From assembly GCA_014871645.1 (NCBI GenBank), contig WGSN01000007.1, forward strand, positions 16,378-80,377: DNA of 64,000 bases. The letters are read 5' to 3'. Below the pieces are notes generated by a model, which saw nothing but the letters and a program-made list of their open reading frames with translations, was not told the origin of the DNA and searched no databases. The first letter of the stretch is position 1. Each line of letters opens with the position of its first letter. Source of the stretch: Collinsella sp. Lineage in GTDB: Bacteria; Actinomycetota; Coriobacteriia; Coriobacteriales; Coriobacteriaceae. A program made the position numbers and the translations under genes. Positions 29,596 through 39,101 of this stretch are shown in pieces.

Positions 29596-30603
29596 ATGGG
29601 GTCGAAAATGAGTCATGATAAACGCTGTACCAAACCGCAATTAGAGCTATTCTTCCGGTTATTCGAGGCCCATCATGGCGGGCACCTGTTTGTAGCTACC
29701 AAAAAATGGGATGAACGCTGTGCCTACGCGCTCATGCAAAAAGAGATGATTATTCGACTCTACAACCATGTCTACGCTGATCCCGCGTATTGGAATGACC
29801 TCGGCGTCGAAGATCGCATCTTTCAATTGGCATCCGCTATTGCGGTCGTTGAACCGAATGCCGTGTTTTGTGGAGCAACGGCGGCACTGCTCTATGGCAT
29901 CGGTTCTGCATATTCGCTTCTCGACAAGGTGCAAGTGCTGTTGCCGCGTTCCACCAGACGCGATATGTACGAATTCGTTGAATACCGACGCTGGCGGCCG
30001 GGCGACGTATGGCAGCTCGGTCCTTTTACGTTAACGAATCCATATCGCACGGTGGTCGACATCGCCCGAACTAACGCTTTTCGATATGCACTAGGCTATG
30101 TCGACGGGTTGGCTCGTGAGTACGGTGTCGAGCGTGAAGAATTGCGTGCATATGCACAAACGAACTGCCGCGGACTGCACGGCATCGCGCGCGCATTTGA
30201 CGTTTTTGAACACATGGATGGCAGATCGGATAACGGTGGAGAATCCGAAGCACGGGCGGCAATGATTCTGGCGGGAGTTGCCGCTCCCGAACTTCAGGTT
30301 GAAATCACTCGACCGGGAAACGCCGGCTATTATTTGGCAGATTACGGCTGGCAGATGCCAAACGGCTCATGGATGCTGGCTGAGCTGCATGGACTAGGCA
30401 AGTTTGAGGACGATGCCCAAAATGATCCGGAACATACTGCGGCAAAAACCTATCGAGCTGCCCTCATGCGCGACACGAACCTGCGTGCCATGGGCCACAA
30501 CGTCATTCATTTCAAGCTCTCAGACACCTACGATGTCAAAGCGTTCGGCTCCATGATGCGCGGCTACGGTATACCAACCACAAAACCCTACGCAGACTCC
30601 TGA
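29596..30603 (+). CDS. AbiEi-like/DUF559-like protein with C-terminal PD-(D/E)xK-type domain
   Basis: VFCGATAALLYG, TNPYRTVVDIAR, SDNGGESEAR, PELQ, ADYGW..AELHG.GK motifs typical of this actinobacterial family. Confidence 0.75.
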   Translation: MGSKMSHDKRCTKPQLELFFRLFEAHHGGHLFVATKKWDERCAYALMQKEMIIRLYNHVYADPAYWNDLGVEDRIFQLASAIAVVEPNAVFCGATAALLYGIGSAYSLLDKVQVLLPRSTRRDMYEFVEYRRWRPGDVWQLGPFTLTNPYRTVVDIARTNAFRYALGYVDGLAREYGVEREELRAYAQTNCRGLHGIARAFDVFEHMDGRSDNGGESEARAAMILAGVAAPELQVEITRPGNAGYYLADYGWQMPNGSWMLAELHGLGKFEDDAQNDPEHTAAKTYRAALMRDTNLRAMGHNVIHFKLSDTYDVKAFGSMMRGYGIPTTKPYADS

Positions 30604-30664
30604 CCGGCTGTCCTCATCTTCTCGACAACAGAACCCATCATCGACCCAGCCCGCTCGGCCTCAA

Positions 30665-30735
30665 TAAGTTGCGGTGAAATAGTTCCTGGATAACAGCTTT
30701 TGCGGCTAATCCAGGAACTATTTCACCGCAACTTA
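30665..30735. repeat. R1 palindromic repeat copy C (inverted relative to B)
   Basis: Perfect 27-bp arms with 17-nt spacer. Confidence 0.9.
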
Positions 30736-30767
30736 GGAGGGGATGTGGGGTCCCCGGCATGTATATG

Positions 30768-30803
30768 AAAACAGCTCTGATCCCAAAGGGAATCAGAGCC
30801 GTT
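30768..30803 (-). terminator. Terminator after the tRNA pair
   Basis: GCTCTGAT/ATCAGAGC stem with U tract on the minus strand. Confidence 0.65.
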
Positions 30804-30814
30804 AAGCTATCTTG

Positions 30815-30888
30815 TGGAGCGGGCGACGGGAATCGAACCCGCGTCATCAGCTTGGAAGGCTGGGGTTCTACCATTGAACTACGCCCGC
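30815..30888 (-). tRNA. tRNA-Gly (TCC)
   Basis: GCGGGCG...CTTCCAA loop...GGTTCGATTCC...TCCA; 74 nt. Confidence 0.97.
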
Positions 30889-30894
30889 AAGATA

Positions 30895-30971
30895 TGGTCG
30901 GGACGACAGGATTTGAACCTGCGACATCCTGCTCCCAAAGCAGGCGCGCTACCAAACTGCGCCACGTCCCG
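30895..30971 (-). tRNA. tRNA-Pro (TGG)
   Basis: CGGGACG...TTTGGGA loop...GGTTCAAATCC...ACCA; 77 nt. Confidence 0.97.
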
Positions 30972-31022
30972 AAGGTGTTGAGCAGCTAAGGTCTAAACCT
31001 TGCGTGTCCCAAAGCGAAGGAA

Positions 31023-31051
31023 ATTATAGGGTAGACTCCCCGCCTGTGCAA
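31023..31051 (-). promoter_or_regulatory. Sigma70-type promoter of tRNA-Pro/Gly
   Basis: TTGCAC-17 nt-TATAAT on the minus strand. Confidence 0.75.
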
Positions 31052-31062
31052 GCATTGATGCC

Positions 31063-32421
31063 TTAGCTCCTCGAATGTGCGACAAAACGACTATGGAGCA
31101 GACCGGTCACAAACGCCACCACGGCGACCGGCGCCCACGCGGCTCCAATGTCCGCTAGCGGCAGCGCATCGAACGGCAGCCACGCGCCCGTAAAGAACGC
31201 GTCACGGACCGAGGTGATCACACTCTGCACCGCGACCACGCCGCCGACCCAAACCCACACCTGCGGATGCGCGTCGCAAAAGCCGTGCACCAGGCCCATA
31301 AGCACCAGTACGATGGCGACGGGATACAAGGCGTTGAGCATGGGCACCGAGAACATAAGAATCACGTCGAGGCCCACGTTGGAGAGCACGCACGAAAACG
31401 CCGCGAACACAAAGGCGAGAACCGCAAAGGGACGGCGTATGGCCTCCTCGGAAGCCTCCGCTCCCCCTTCGACCACATACGTCTCGCAGAAGTAACGCGA
31501 GCAGCAGCTGATAAGGCCGATGCACACGTTCATGCAAGCGAGGAAAAAGATCGCGAAGACCACGACCGTGCCGACAAGGCCAAAGTGCATGGAGGCAGAG
31601 CGGGCAAGGATGGCGGCGCCATTGGTGGCATCGGGCATCACGGTGCCGAGCTGCATACCGGCAAGGCCCAAGCCGCAGTAGATGATGGCCATAAGCACGC
31701 CTGCGATCACGCCGGAACGCGAAATCTCGAAGGCCACGCGCTTGTCATCGGTAACACCCAGCTCGTGGATGGTCTCGGCGATGATGATGCCGAAGGCGAG
31801 CGACGCGAGCAGGTCCATGGTCTGATAGCCAGTCAGAAAGCCCTGCACGGCGGCGCCTGCATCGTAGGGAGCCTGAGGCGCGGCAGCCGGTCCCAGCGGC
31901 GAGATCACGGCAGCACCCACGACGAGCACGATGAGCGCAATGAGCGCGGGGCCCGTAATGCGACCGAGCACGCGTGTGATGACACCCGGGCGCAGCGTGA
32001 GCGCAAACGCGACGACGAAGAACCCGATTGCAAACACCAGACGTGCCGTGCCGAGTGAAACACCCTCGGGTAGCAGCGGCACCAGCATTTCGAACGCCGT
32101 AGAGCTTGTGCGCGGAATGGCCAGGCACGGACCGATGGCCAGGTAGACCGCCGCAACGAAGAATTCGCCAAACTTGGGGTGCACGCGGCCGGCAAGCTCG
32201 CGCGCCGTTCCGGCAAGCGCTACGGCGATAAAACCCATGACGGGCAGACCGATAGCGGCAATCAAAAAGCCGATCATGGCAAGCGGCGTGGCCGTGCCGG
32301 CCTGAAGTGCCAGCAACGGCGGAATGATGAGGTTGCCGGCGCCAAAGAGCATCGAGAACAGCGCAATGCCGACGGTAACGACATGGTCGGAGCGCAAACC
32401 GCGCGGAGCGGATGAAGCCAT
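31063..32421 (-). CDS. brnQ: Branched-chain amino acid transporter (LIVCS)
   Basis: LFSMLFGAGNLIIPP, AIPRT, GYQTMDLLASLAFG motifs. Confidence 0.9.
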   Translation of the reverse strand: MASSAPRGLRSDHVVTVGIALFSMLFGAGNLIIPPLLALQAGTATPLAMIGFLIAAIGLPVMGFIAVALAGTARELAGRVHPKFGEFFVAAVYLAIGPCLAIPRTSSTAFEMLVPLLPEGVSLGTARLVFAIGFFVVAFALTLRPGVITRVLGRITGPALIALIVLVVGAAVISPLGPAAAPQAPYDAGAAVQGFLTGYQTMDLLASLAFGIIIAETIHELGVTDDKRVAFEISRSGVIAGVLMAIIYCGLGLAGMQLGTVMPDATNGAAILARSASMHFGLVGTVVVFAIFFLACMNVCIGLISCCSRYFCETYVVEGGAEASEEAIRRPFAVLAFVFAAFSCVLSNVGLDVILMFSVPMLNALYPVAIVLVLMGLVHGFCDAHPQVWVWVGGVVAVQSVITSVRDAFFTGAWLPFDALPLADIGAAWAPVAVVAFVTGLLHSRFVAHSRS

Positions 32422-32444
32422 AGGCACACCTTTCGGGTCGAAAC

Positions 32445-32474
32445 AAAAAACGGGACGGGAAAAGACCCGTCCCG
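32445..32474 (-). terminator. Intrinsic terminator ending the selD operon
   Basis: CGGGACGGG/CCCGTCCCG stem plus U6 on the minus strand. Confidence 0.8.
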
Positions 32475-32488
32475 CAAGTATATACGCT

Positions 32489-33628
32489 CTAGCAGGCTAA
32501 ATCGCGCAAAGCGTCAATCGCGGTGTCGACTTCCTCGTCCGTGTTGAAATACCCAAACGAGAAGCGAACGACACCCTGGCGCTCGGTCCCCAGCGCACGG
32601 TGCATGAGCGGAGCGCAATGGGCGCCGGGGCGCGTCGCAATTCCCCACCCTTGCATGAGCGCATCCGAGATCTCGGCAGAGTCGATATCACCCACGTTGA
32701 GCGACACAATCGCCGAGCGCGTCGGCTGGTCAAAGGCGCCGTAGAGCTTAATCCTCGGAATCTTGCGCACACCGGCAAGGAAGCGATCAGCGAGCGCACG
32801 CTCGTGGGCAGCAATCGCCTCGACCCCGCCTTGTGCCTCAATAAAGTCGAGACCGGCAGAAAGTCCAGCGATGCCGTGACCGTTGAGCGTGCCCGCCTCG
32901 AGGCGCGTGGGCCACTCAAGTGGCTGCAGTGGGTCAAAGCTGTGCACGCCCGTGCCACCCATGGCCCACGGGGCCACGTCAATGCCCTCCGCCACGGCCA
33001 GGCCGCCGGTGCCTTGGGGTCCCATGAGCCCCTTATGGCCGGTAAAGCACACAACATCGAGCCCCATGGCATCCATGTCAATCTTCGCCGTACCGGCAGA
33101 CTGCGAGGCGTCGACGATCACCAGCGCACCTGCCGCATGGGCCATGGCGGCCACGCGCGCGATGTCGACCGCGTTGCCGGTCACATTGGAGGCGTGCGTC
33201 ACCACCACGGCACGCGTGCCCGGCGTGACCAGCTGCTCGAGCTCGTCGTAGTCGAGCACGCCGTTCGCGTCGCAGCCCGCATGCTCAACGGTCACGCCCT
33301 GCTCTGTCGCCAGGCGGTTAAGCGGACGCAGCACGGAGTTATGCTCGAGCACCGTCGTGACCACGCGGTCGCCGGGGCGCACCACGCCATTGATAACGGT
33401 GTTGAGCGCCGCGGTGGAGTTGGGCGTAAAACACACATGGTCCGCCCTCGGGCAACCCAAAAGGCGCGCGAGCTTGGCACGGCAAGCGTGAATCGTACGA
33501 GCGGCATCGAGGGGACCCGACGTGGCGCCGCGCCCGGCATTGCCGAGCGAGCACATCGCCTGCGTCACGGCATCGATGACCGTCTGCGGCTTGTGCATGG
33601 TCGTCGCCGCGTTATCCAGATAGATCAT
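32489..33628 (-). CDS. Class V PLP aminotransferase, SufS-type cysteine desulfurase/selenocysteine lyase
   Basis: YLDNAATT, TGHKGLMGPQG, RPGAHCAP motifs. Confidence 0.9.
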   Translation of the reverse strand: MIYLDNAATTMHKPQTVIDAVTQAMCSLGNAGRGATSGPLDAARTIHACRAKLARLLGCPRADHVCFTPNSTAALNTVINGVVRPGDRVVTTVLEHNSVLRPLNRLATEQGVTVEHAGCDANGVLDYDELEQLVTPGTRAVVVTHASNVTGNAVDIARVAAMAHAAGALVIVDASQSAGTAKIDMDAMGLDVVCFTGHKGLMGPQGTGGLAVAEGIDVAPWAMGGTGVHSFDPLQPLEWPTRLEAGTLNGHGIAGLSAGLDFIEAQGGVEAIAAHERALADRFLAGVRKIPRIKLYGAFDQPTRSAIVSLNVGDIDSAEISDALMQGWGIATRPGAHCAPLMHRALGTERQGVVRFSFGYFNTDEEVDTAIDALRDLAC

Positions 33629-33876
33629 CGCACGACCTCCCACATATCAATCACGGTATAGCCCTCGGTGGGAACACCCGCCTCGGCGAGTTCGCCGCGC
33701 AGCAGTTCCTCATCGGCAGGCAACGCCTTCCACGCCAGACCGCAGCCGGCAGCGACCTCCCCGGGCACGGGAATCGTTCGCCCGGGAAGGCCGCGCTCGA
33801 TGCACAGGGACTCGCAGCCCATGGCGGCCGCCGTGGTGGGAAACGTGATGACAAGCGCCGGGCGCTTCTCCCTCAT
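33625..33876 (-). CDS. DUF3343-family protein
   Basis: ITFPTTAAAM..E...GRTIPVPGEVAAGCGL; ATGA overlap with the next gene. Confidence 0.8.
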   Translation of the reverse strand: MREKRPALVITFPTTAAAMGCESLCIERGLPGRTIPVPGEVAAGCGLAWKALPADEELLRGELAEAGVPTEGYTVIDMWEVVR

Positions 33877-33895
33877 GGCAACTCCAACCAATACG

Positions 33896-34522
33896 CTACG
33901 GGCGCACGACGCGCACGGCCTGCTCCATCTTCTCCACGATCACGTACATGTTAGTGACCTCGCCCACCGCAAGCTGGTCTTTAATGCCATAGTGGTCGAG
34001 GCAGGTACCGCAGGTGAGAATCTCGACACCCTGCTCGGCCAGGCCCTTCAGGTCATCGAGCACCGGCGAGCCCTCGACGGTGAGCTTGGCGCCGCCGTTG
34101 TAGAACAGCATGGTCGCGGGCAGTTCCTCCTGCTGCGTCACGGCAAAGATAAACGCCTTCATGAGCTTGTGGCCCAGCTCGTCGTCGCCACGGCCCATGC
34201 AATCGGTGTAGACGGAAATGACGAGTTTGCCCTTGCCGGCGTTGGCGTCGCAGAAAGCGGCACCGTCCTGCTCGGGGTCCGCAACGGCCACGGCACCGGC
34301 GGTCGTGACGGTCACGTGCCACTCGGCGTCCGAGATCTTCTCGACCGAGGCCGTGCAGCCCTTCTCCTGCGACATCTTGGAGATGTTCTTGACGGCGGTC
34401 TCGTTATCGACCGAGGTCACCACGGCACCCTCGCCATCAAGCTGTTTGAGTGCCTTAAGCGTCTTGACGACGGGCAGCGGGCAGGCATCGCCCATGGCAT
34501 TGACTTCAATTTTGGTAGACAT
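33896..34522 (-). CDS. yedF: Selenium metabolism protein YedF (TusA + DsrE-like domains)
   Basis: GDACPLPVV, MGRGDDELG, CGTCLDHY motifs. Confidence 0.88.
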   Translation of the reverse strand: MSTKIEVNAMGDACPLPVVKTLKALKQLDGEGAVVTSVDNETAVKNISKMSQEKGCTASVEKISDAEWHVTVTTAGAVAVADPEQDGAAFCDANAGKGKLVISVYTDCMGRGDDELGHKLMKAFIFAVTQQEELPATMLFYNGGAKLTVEGSPVLDDLKGLAEQGVEILTCGTCLDHYGIKDQLAVGEVTNMYVIVEKMEQAVRVVRP

Positions 34523-34583
34523 AGCAAAATCCTTTCGAAAGAACCGTTCTAGAGAACGATAAACAGTTACATAAGCGTGCGGG

Positions 34584-35639
34584 CTAGCGAACAACGCGGA
34601 CGGCAGGACCGCCCTGCTCCGCCTCGCACACGCGCCCGACAACGGCGGCGATGCACCCCTCGGCATCCAGGCGACGCGCAAGCTCATCCACATCCGCCGC
34701 GGGCGCCGCGATAAGCAAACCACCAGACGTCTGCGGGTCGTACAGCGCGTCGAGCATACCCGGCTCCAGGTCCTCGTCGGCAGCCACACGCGGGCCAAAG
34801 AAGTCCTGGTTGCGGTAGGAGCCCGCGGGGATAATGCCCAGACGCGCCATATCGAGCACCTGGTCAAAGAGCGGCACCGCCCCCGACGCAAGCTCAACCT
34901 GCACGCCCGAGCCCTCGGCCATCTCACACGCGTGCCCGATCAGACCAAAGCCCGTAATGTCAGTGCAGCCGTGAAGTTCGAGCCCCTCGGCCAGACGAAT
35001 CGGCGCCTCGTTGAGGGTGCGCATCGAGTCAAACATGGCCGCGGCCGCGGCCTCGTCCTGCTCGATGAGCTCGCCCTTAATGGCCGTGGTGATAATGCCC
35101 GAGCCGATCGCCTTGGTCAGCAGCAGAACATCGCCCACGCGTGCGCCGCTGTTGGCGAGCATGCGGTCGAGCGCGACAAAGCCGCTCACAGACAGGCCAT
35201 ACTTGGGCTCGTCGTCGTTGATGGTATGGCCGCCCGCGATAGAGCAACCCGCCTCGACGCACTTGTCGGCGCCGCCCGCCAGAATCTGACCGGCAACCTC
35301 GATGCCCAGACAACTGGGTATGCAGAGTAGGTTCATGGCATGGCTCGGCCGCCCGCCCATGGCGTAGATGTCCGACAGCGAGTTGGCCGCGGCAATCTGG
35401 CCAAACAGAAACGGGTCGTCGACCATCGGTGGAAAGAAGTCGATGGACTGCACAAGCCCCAGGTTCTCCCCTACGCGAAAGACGCTCGCATCGTCAGAGG
35501 TATCGAACCCCACGAGCAAGTTGTCGTTATGCACATTTGGCAAATCGCCCAGGACCTGGGCGAGGGCTCCGGGAGCCAACTTAGCGGCTCAACCGCTCGC
35601 GGCAGTCATAGACGTGAGCCTCATGGTGTCCTTAGCCAT
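34584..35639 (-). CDS. selD: Selenide, water dikinase, selenocysteine-containing (UGA at 35589-35591)
   Basis: In-frame read-through gives ASG-U-AAKLAPG; DDASV, DFFPP, GGHTI, DITGFGL, DPQTSGGLL motifs; 351 aa. Confidence 0.96.
35545..35577 (-). promoter_or_regulatory. SECIS candidate(s) of selD
   Basis: GGCUC-CCG-GAGCC starting 11 nt after UGA, then UCGCCCA-GGUCC-UGGGCGA. Confidence 0.55.
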
Positions 35640-36849
35640 ACGAACCCCCTTCCAACAAATCAACGACTTTAAGTATACGCGCCAGGCACGCTTCCCAAGA
35701 GACCGCCGACGGCTCGAACGTCGAAGGCGGCGCCGCAAGCGCCCGCGCGATAGCATCTGCCAGCGCGCGCTCAAACAACGGAAGGTCGGCCGCCACGGGC
35801 GTGTCGACATCCGTCATACGCGGCGACGCCACCCACGTCACGGGCGCACCGGGAAGCATCGCCTCCATCCAGGGACGAACGCCGGGCAAATCGGTCGCCA
35901 CAACTTTGCAGCCGCACGCGAGGGCCTCAATCGTCACGAGCGGCAGACCCTCGTAAAACGAAGGCAGCACAAAGACGTCGGAACTGCGGTAGGCATGCAC
36001 GAGTCCATCGCTATCCAGGCGCCCCGCCAGCGTCACCGGCACATCCGAGGCCGCGGCCAAGCGCTCGATACGCGCGTACTCGGCATCGTCCCCGCGGTCG
36101 CCCACGAGTACCAAGCCAGATGAGCGGACGTCATCGTCAATCGGCAATGACACGGCTCGAACCAGCGACTCGATGCCCTTTTTAAAGCAAATCTTGCCCA
36201 CGTACACAAGCGATCCCGGCTGCCTCGCCACGCTTGCGTCGCGGCAGAAGACGCGACGGTCGTAACCCGTCCCAATCACGTGGATGCGATCGACATCGAC
36301 GCCGCACACCAGGCCAATCTGCTCAGCCTGCTCAGCATGGAGCGCAAAGACGGCATCGAGCCGACGAACCGCACGTACGATGCGATCGCGCTCGAGCGCA
36401 TGCGAACGCAGCTGTCGCAGATCGGTCGAATGGCACACGGCAACAACCGGCACGCCCCGGACGCACTCGCGCGCCAATGCGGTCACCAGATACAGGTGAT
36501 GGCAGAGCACCAGATCGGGCCGAAACTCAGTCACCGCCCGATCGATTGCATTAGCAAATGCCCGCTCAAATGCCTTGAGCATCGAAGGCGTCAGGTCACG
36601 ATAGCGTGTAGAGGGATAGGGCATGACATCGGACATACCGCAGATGGGAAACGGCAGCTCGGGCGACTCGAACGGTACGGCAAACACGGCAGCACGCCGG
36701 TCCAGCTCGCCTTGGGTATCACCCGGCGCCGCACCGCAAAGCACGGCGGCGCGATGCCCCGTCTCGATCTGCTCGCGCACAAGCGCGGCAAGGTAGGTGC
36801 CGCTGCCGGTGCTATCTGGTTTTTGTGCCGTGATATTGAGGATGCGCAT
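35632..36849 (-). CDS. Glycosyltransferase family 4 (GT-B)
   Basis: YVGKI, FVLPSFYEGLPLVTIEALACG (E-X7-E); stop overlaps the selD start. Confidence 0.9.
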   Translation of the reverse strand: MRILNITAQKPDSTGSGTYLAALVREQIETGHRAAVLCGAAPGDTQGELDRRAAVFAVPFESPELPFPICGMSDVMPYPSTRYRDLTPSMLKAFERAFANAIDRAVTEFRPDLVLCHHLYLVTALARECVRGVPVVAVCHSTDLRQLRSHALERDRIVRAVRRLDAVFALHAEQAEQIGLVCGVDVDRIHVIGTGYDRRVFCRDASVARQPGSLVYVGKICFKKGIESLVRAVSLPIDDDVRSSGLVLVGDRGDDAEYARIERLAAASDVPVTLAGRLDSDGLVHAYRSSDVFVLPSFYEGLPLVTIEALACGCKVVATDLPGVRPWMEAMLPGAPVTWVASPRMTDVDTPVAADLPLFERALADAIARALAAPPSTFEPSAVSWEACLARILKVVDLLEGGSYG

Positions 36850-36863
36850 GTCGCGGTACACCC

Positions 36864-37628
36864 CTAGGCCAAGGCGGCGGCGCGAATCGCCGCGCCGATC
36901 GCTCCGGCAAAGCGAGCCTGGGGTGAGGTGGTCACCGGCGACCCCAGTAGCTCGCCCAACCGCTCCACCACGAAGGCGTTCTCGCACAGGCCACCGGTCA
37001 GGTAGTACGGGGCGCCCGCCGCCTGCCCGGCCATAGTGGCCACGCGCGAGACCACGCTGTCGATCACGCCACGCGCAATGTTCTCGCGCGGCTCACCGCG
37101 ACCGATCAGGCTGATAACCTCGCTTTCGGCAAACACCGTGCACATGCTGCTGATCTTGGTGGGCTCGCCGGAACGCGCCAGGTCGGCCATCTGCTGCTGG
37201 GAAATGCCCAGGCGGTCGGCCATGATCTCCAAAAAGCGCCCCGTGCCGGCGGCGCACTTGTCGTTCATGGCAAACTTGGCCACGCGGCCACTTTTAAGCT
37301 GAATGACCTTGGTGTCCTGACCGCCCACGTCGATCACCGTGCCGTGATCGCCAAACAGGCGCACGGCACCGGTGCCGTGGCAGGTGATCTCGGTCACGAC
37401 CTTGTGCGCATAGGGCACGGCGACACGACCGTAGCCGGTCGCGATCACGCGCACGTCGTCGGCCGTCACGTCGTAGCCGGCCGCTGCCAGCGCCTCGCGC
37501 AGCCGCTCGGAAGCATCGACCGAGGAAAACCCGGTTGGCTGCACGCACGTCCACGCCACCGAACCCTCCCCATCGACCAGAGCAGCCTTAGCCGCCGTAG
37601 ACCCGATATCGATCCCGATCCCTATCAT
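36864..37628 (-). CDS. ASKHA-type ATP-dependent activase (HgdC/DCCP-reductase-like)
   Basis: GIDIGST, TGYGR, DVGGQDTK, MNDKCAAGTGRF, SMCTVFAESE motifs. Confidence 0.92.
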   Translation of the reverse strand: MIGIGIDIGSTAAKAALVDGEGSVAWTCVQPTGFSSVDASERLREALAAAGYDVTADDVRVIATGYGRVAVPYAHKVVTEITCHGTGAVRLFGDHGTVIDVGGQDTKVIQLKSGRVAKFAMNDKCAAGTGRFLEIMADRLGISQQQMADLARSGEPTKISSMCTVFAESEVISLIGRGEPRENIARGVIDSVVSRVATMAGQAAGAPYYLTGGLCENAFVVERLGELLGSPVTTSPQARFAGAIGAAIRAAALA

Positions 37629-37680
37629 GGCTCTCTCCCAATCTAAACATCAAAGACAGCGGCGCGTTCAGGCGCCTTAG

Positions 37681-37789
37681 CTCTAGGTTTCTCAGGTGCC
37701 GAAGATTGCCCCGAAAGAGGAGCGCAGCGTACTTTGGGTACGCAAGCGACGGTTTGAGGGGCAAGATCCGGTGCCTGAGGAAGCTAGAG
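37681..37789 (+). repeat. R2 structured hairpin repeat copy a
   Basis: Long stem-loop with GAAAGAGGAG / CGACGGTTTGA internal motif. Confidence 0.85.
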
Positions 37790-38947
37790 GGTTTCGATGA
37801 AGGCGGCGATGCGCGTCTCGATCTGGCCCATGTCGCCGTTGCTGTAGCCGGTCTCGATCTTCATGTACGGAATACCCGCACCCTCGACGGCCTCCTGCAT
37901 GCGTGCACTCTCCACGTTAAAGGTGTGGCACGCCTGGAGCACGCTCTCCACTACACCATCGACGTGATACTTCTCGCACATGGCCAGCGTGTTTTCCATA
38001 CGGCCGTCGTTGGGCGTCATGACCGAGCAGTTGATATCCAGGTAGCGGTCGGCGATGGCGCGCAGGATGTCGGGAGCCTCCGGATCGATCATCATGGCCG
38101 CCGTGCGCTCGCCCGAGCAGTCGTCCATGCACACGACCACGCCGCCGTTGGACTCGATGGTGCGACCTATCTTGTTGATCACACCGCCCACCGGGCAACC
38201 GGTGATCAGAATGCGCTTGGCATCCGCCGCAACCGGGCGCTCGCCCGCGTCGTAGGCCTCGCGCAGCTTGGCAACCTTTTGCTCCAGCTGCTGCGTATAG
38301 GCCTCGATATCAAAGCTGAACGTGCCGGCAAACATGGTGCTCATCAGGTCGACGCCGCTCATGGCCGCCGGCTGGTTGGCCTGCAGCGCAAACATCTCGA
38401 GCTGGGCCGCACGCAAGCGGTTGCGACGACGGACGGCAGCGCGCAGGTCATCGTCGGTAATCGTAATGCCGTAGAAGTTCTCGAGCTCCTCTTTGAGCAG
38501 GCGGCACTCCTCGTACCAGCCTTCACGCTCGTAGGCGCGATCGCGACCCTGCGGCAGGTGCAGAATGTGCGTGCGCTTGAGCTCGTTGAGTAACTCATAC
38601 ATCTTCTTCTTGCCGTCGCAGGTGGTCTCGCCGATGATCATGTCGCTAAAGTACGTAAACGGGCACTTTTGCGAGTAGGCAAAGCCGTACGTCGACTTGA
38701 TGAGCGGGCAGAGGTTAGCCGGCAGCACCTTCTCGGCCTCGGGAATCACCTCATCGGACGTACCGCACAGCGCCACGCTCGAGGCGCCCGCTGCATCGAT
38801 AATCTCGAGCGGCGTATAGCTGCACAAAAAGCCGACCAGGCGATTGCCCGCCTGCTTGTAATCCTTAACGCGAATAAACGCCGCCTTGCGCTGCTCGTTG
38901 AACTCCTCAAACGTGGATGGCAACGGCTGCTCCATATTTTCCGACAT
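37784..38947 (-). CDS. Double-cubane cluster protein / 2-hydroxyacyl-CoA dehydratase-fold protein 2
   Basis: LCSYTP, CPLIKS, KCP, TCDGKKK, DDCSG, NCS, QACH Cys pattern. Confidence 0.85.
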   Translation of the reverse strand: MSENMEQPLPSTFEEFNEQRKAAFIRVKDYKQAGNRLVGFLCSYTPLEIIDAAGASSVALCGTSDEVIPEAEKVLPANLCPLIKSTYGFAYSQKCPFTYFSDMIIGETTCDGKKKMYELLNELKRTHILHLPQGRDRAYEREGWYEECRLLKEELENFYGITITDDDLRAAVRRRNRLRAAQLEMFALQANQPAAMSGVDLMSTMFAGTFSFDIEAYTQQLEQKVAKLREAYDAGERPVAADAKRILITGCPVGGVINKIGRTIESNGGVVVCMDDCSGERTAAMMIDPEAPDILRAIADRYLDINCSVMTPNDGRMENTLAMCEKYHVDGVVESVLQACHTFNVESARMQEAVEGAGIPYMKIETGYSNGDMGQIETRIAAFIETL

Positions 38948-38984
38948 ATAACTCCTTAACAAACCTTTTGACCAACCAAGGAAA

Positions 38985-39086
38985 CGGCTTTCCCAGGTGC
39001 CCGAGGTTGCCGTGAAAGAGAAGCGCCGCGTACTTTGGTACGCAAACGATGGTTTGAACGGCAAGATCGGGTGCCTGGGGAAGCCG
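38985..39086 (+). repeat. R2 structured hairpin repeat copy b
   Basis: Same architecture as copy a with compensatory stem changes. Confidence 0.85.
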
Positions 39087-39101
39087 CCGGGACGGATACC
39101 C

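Larger units (their letters stand above)
29344..30745. mobile_element. Putative element bounded by 38-bp inverted repeats, carrying one nuclease-like gene
   Basis: 29344-29381 matches the reverse complement of 30708-30745 at 36/38; no target duplication seen. Confidence 0.5.

Noticed and set aside
28500..30888. Integrase-type genomic island at tRNA-Gly
   Set aside because: No integrase and no duplicated tRNA 3' end (att) found by eye
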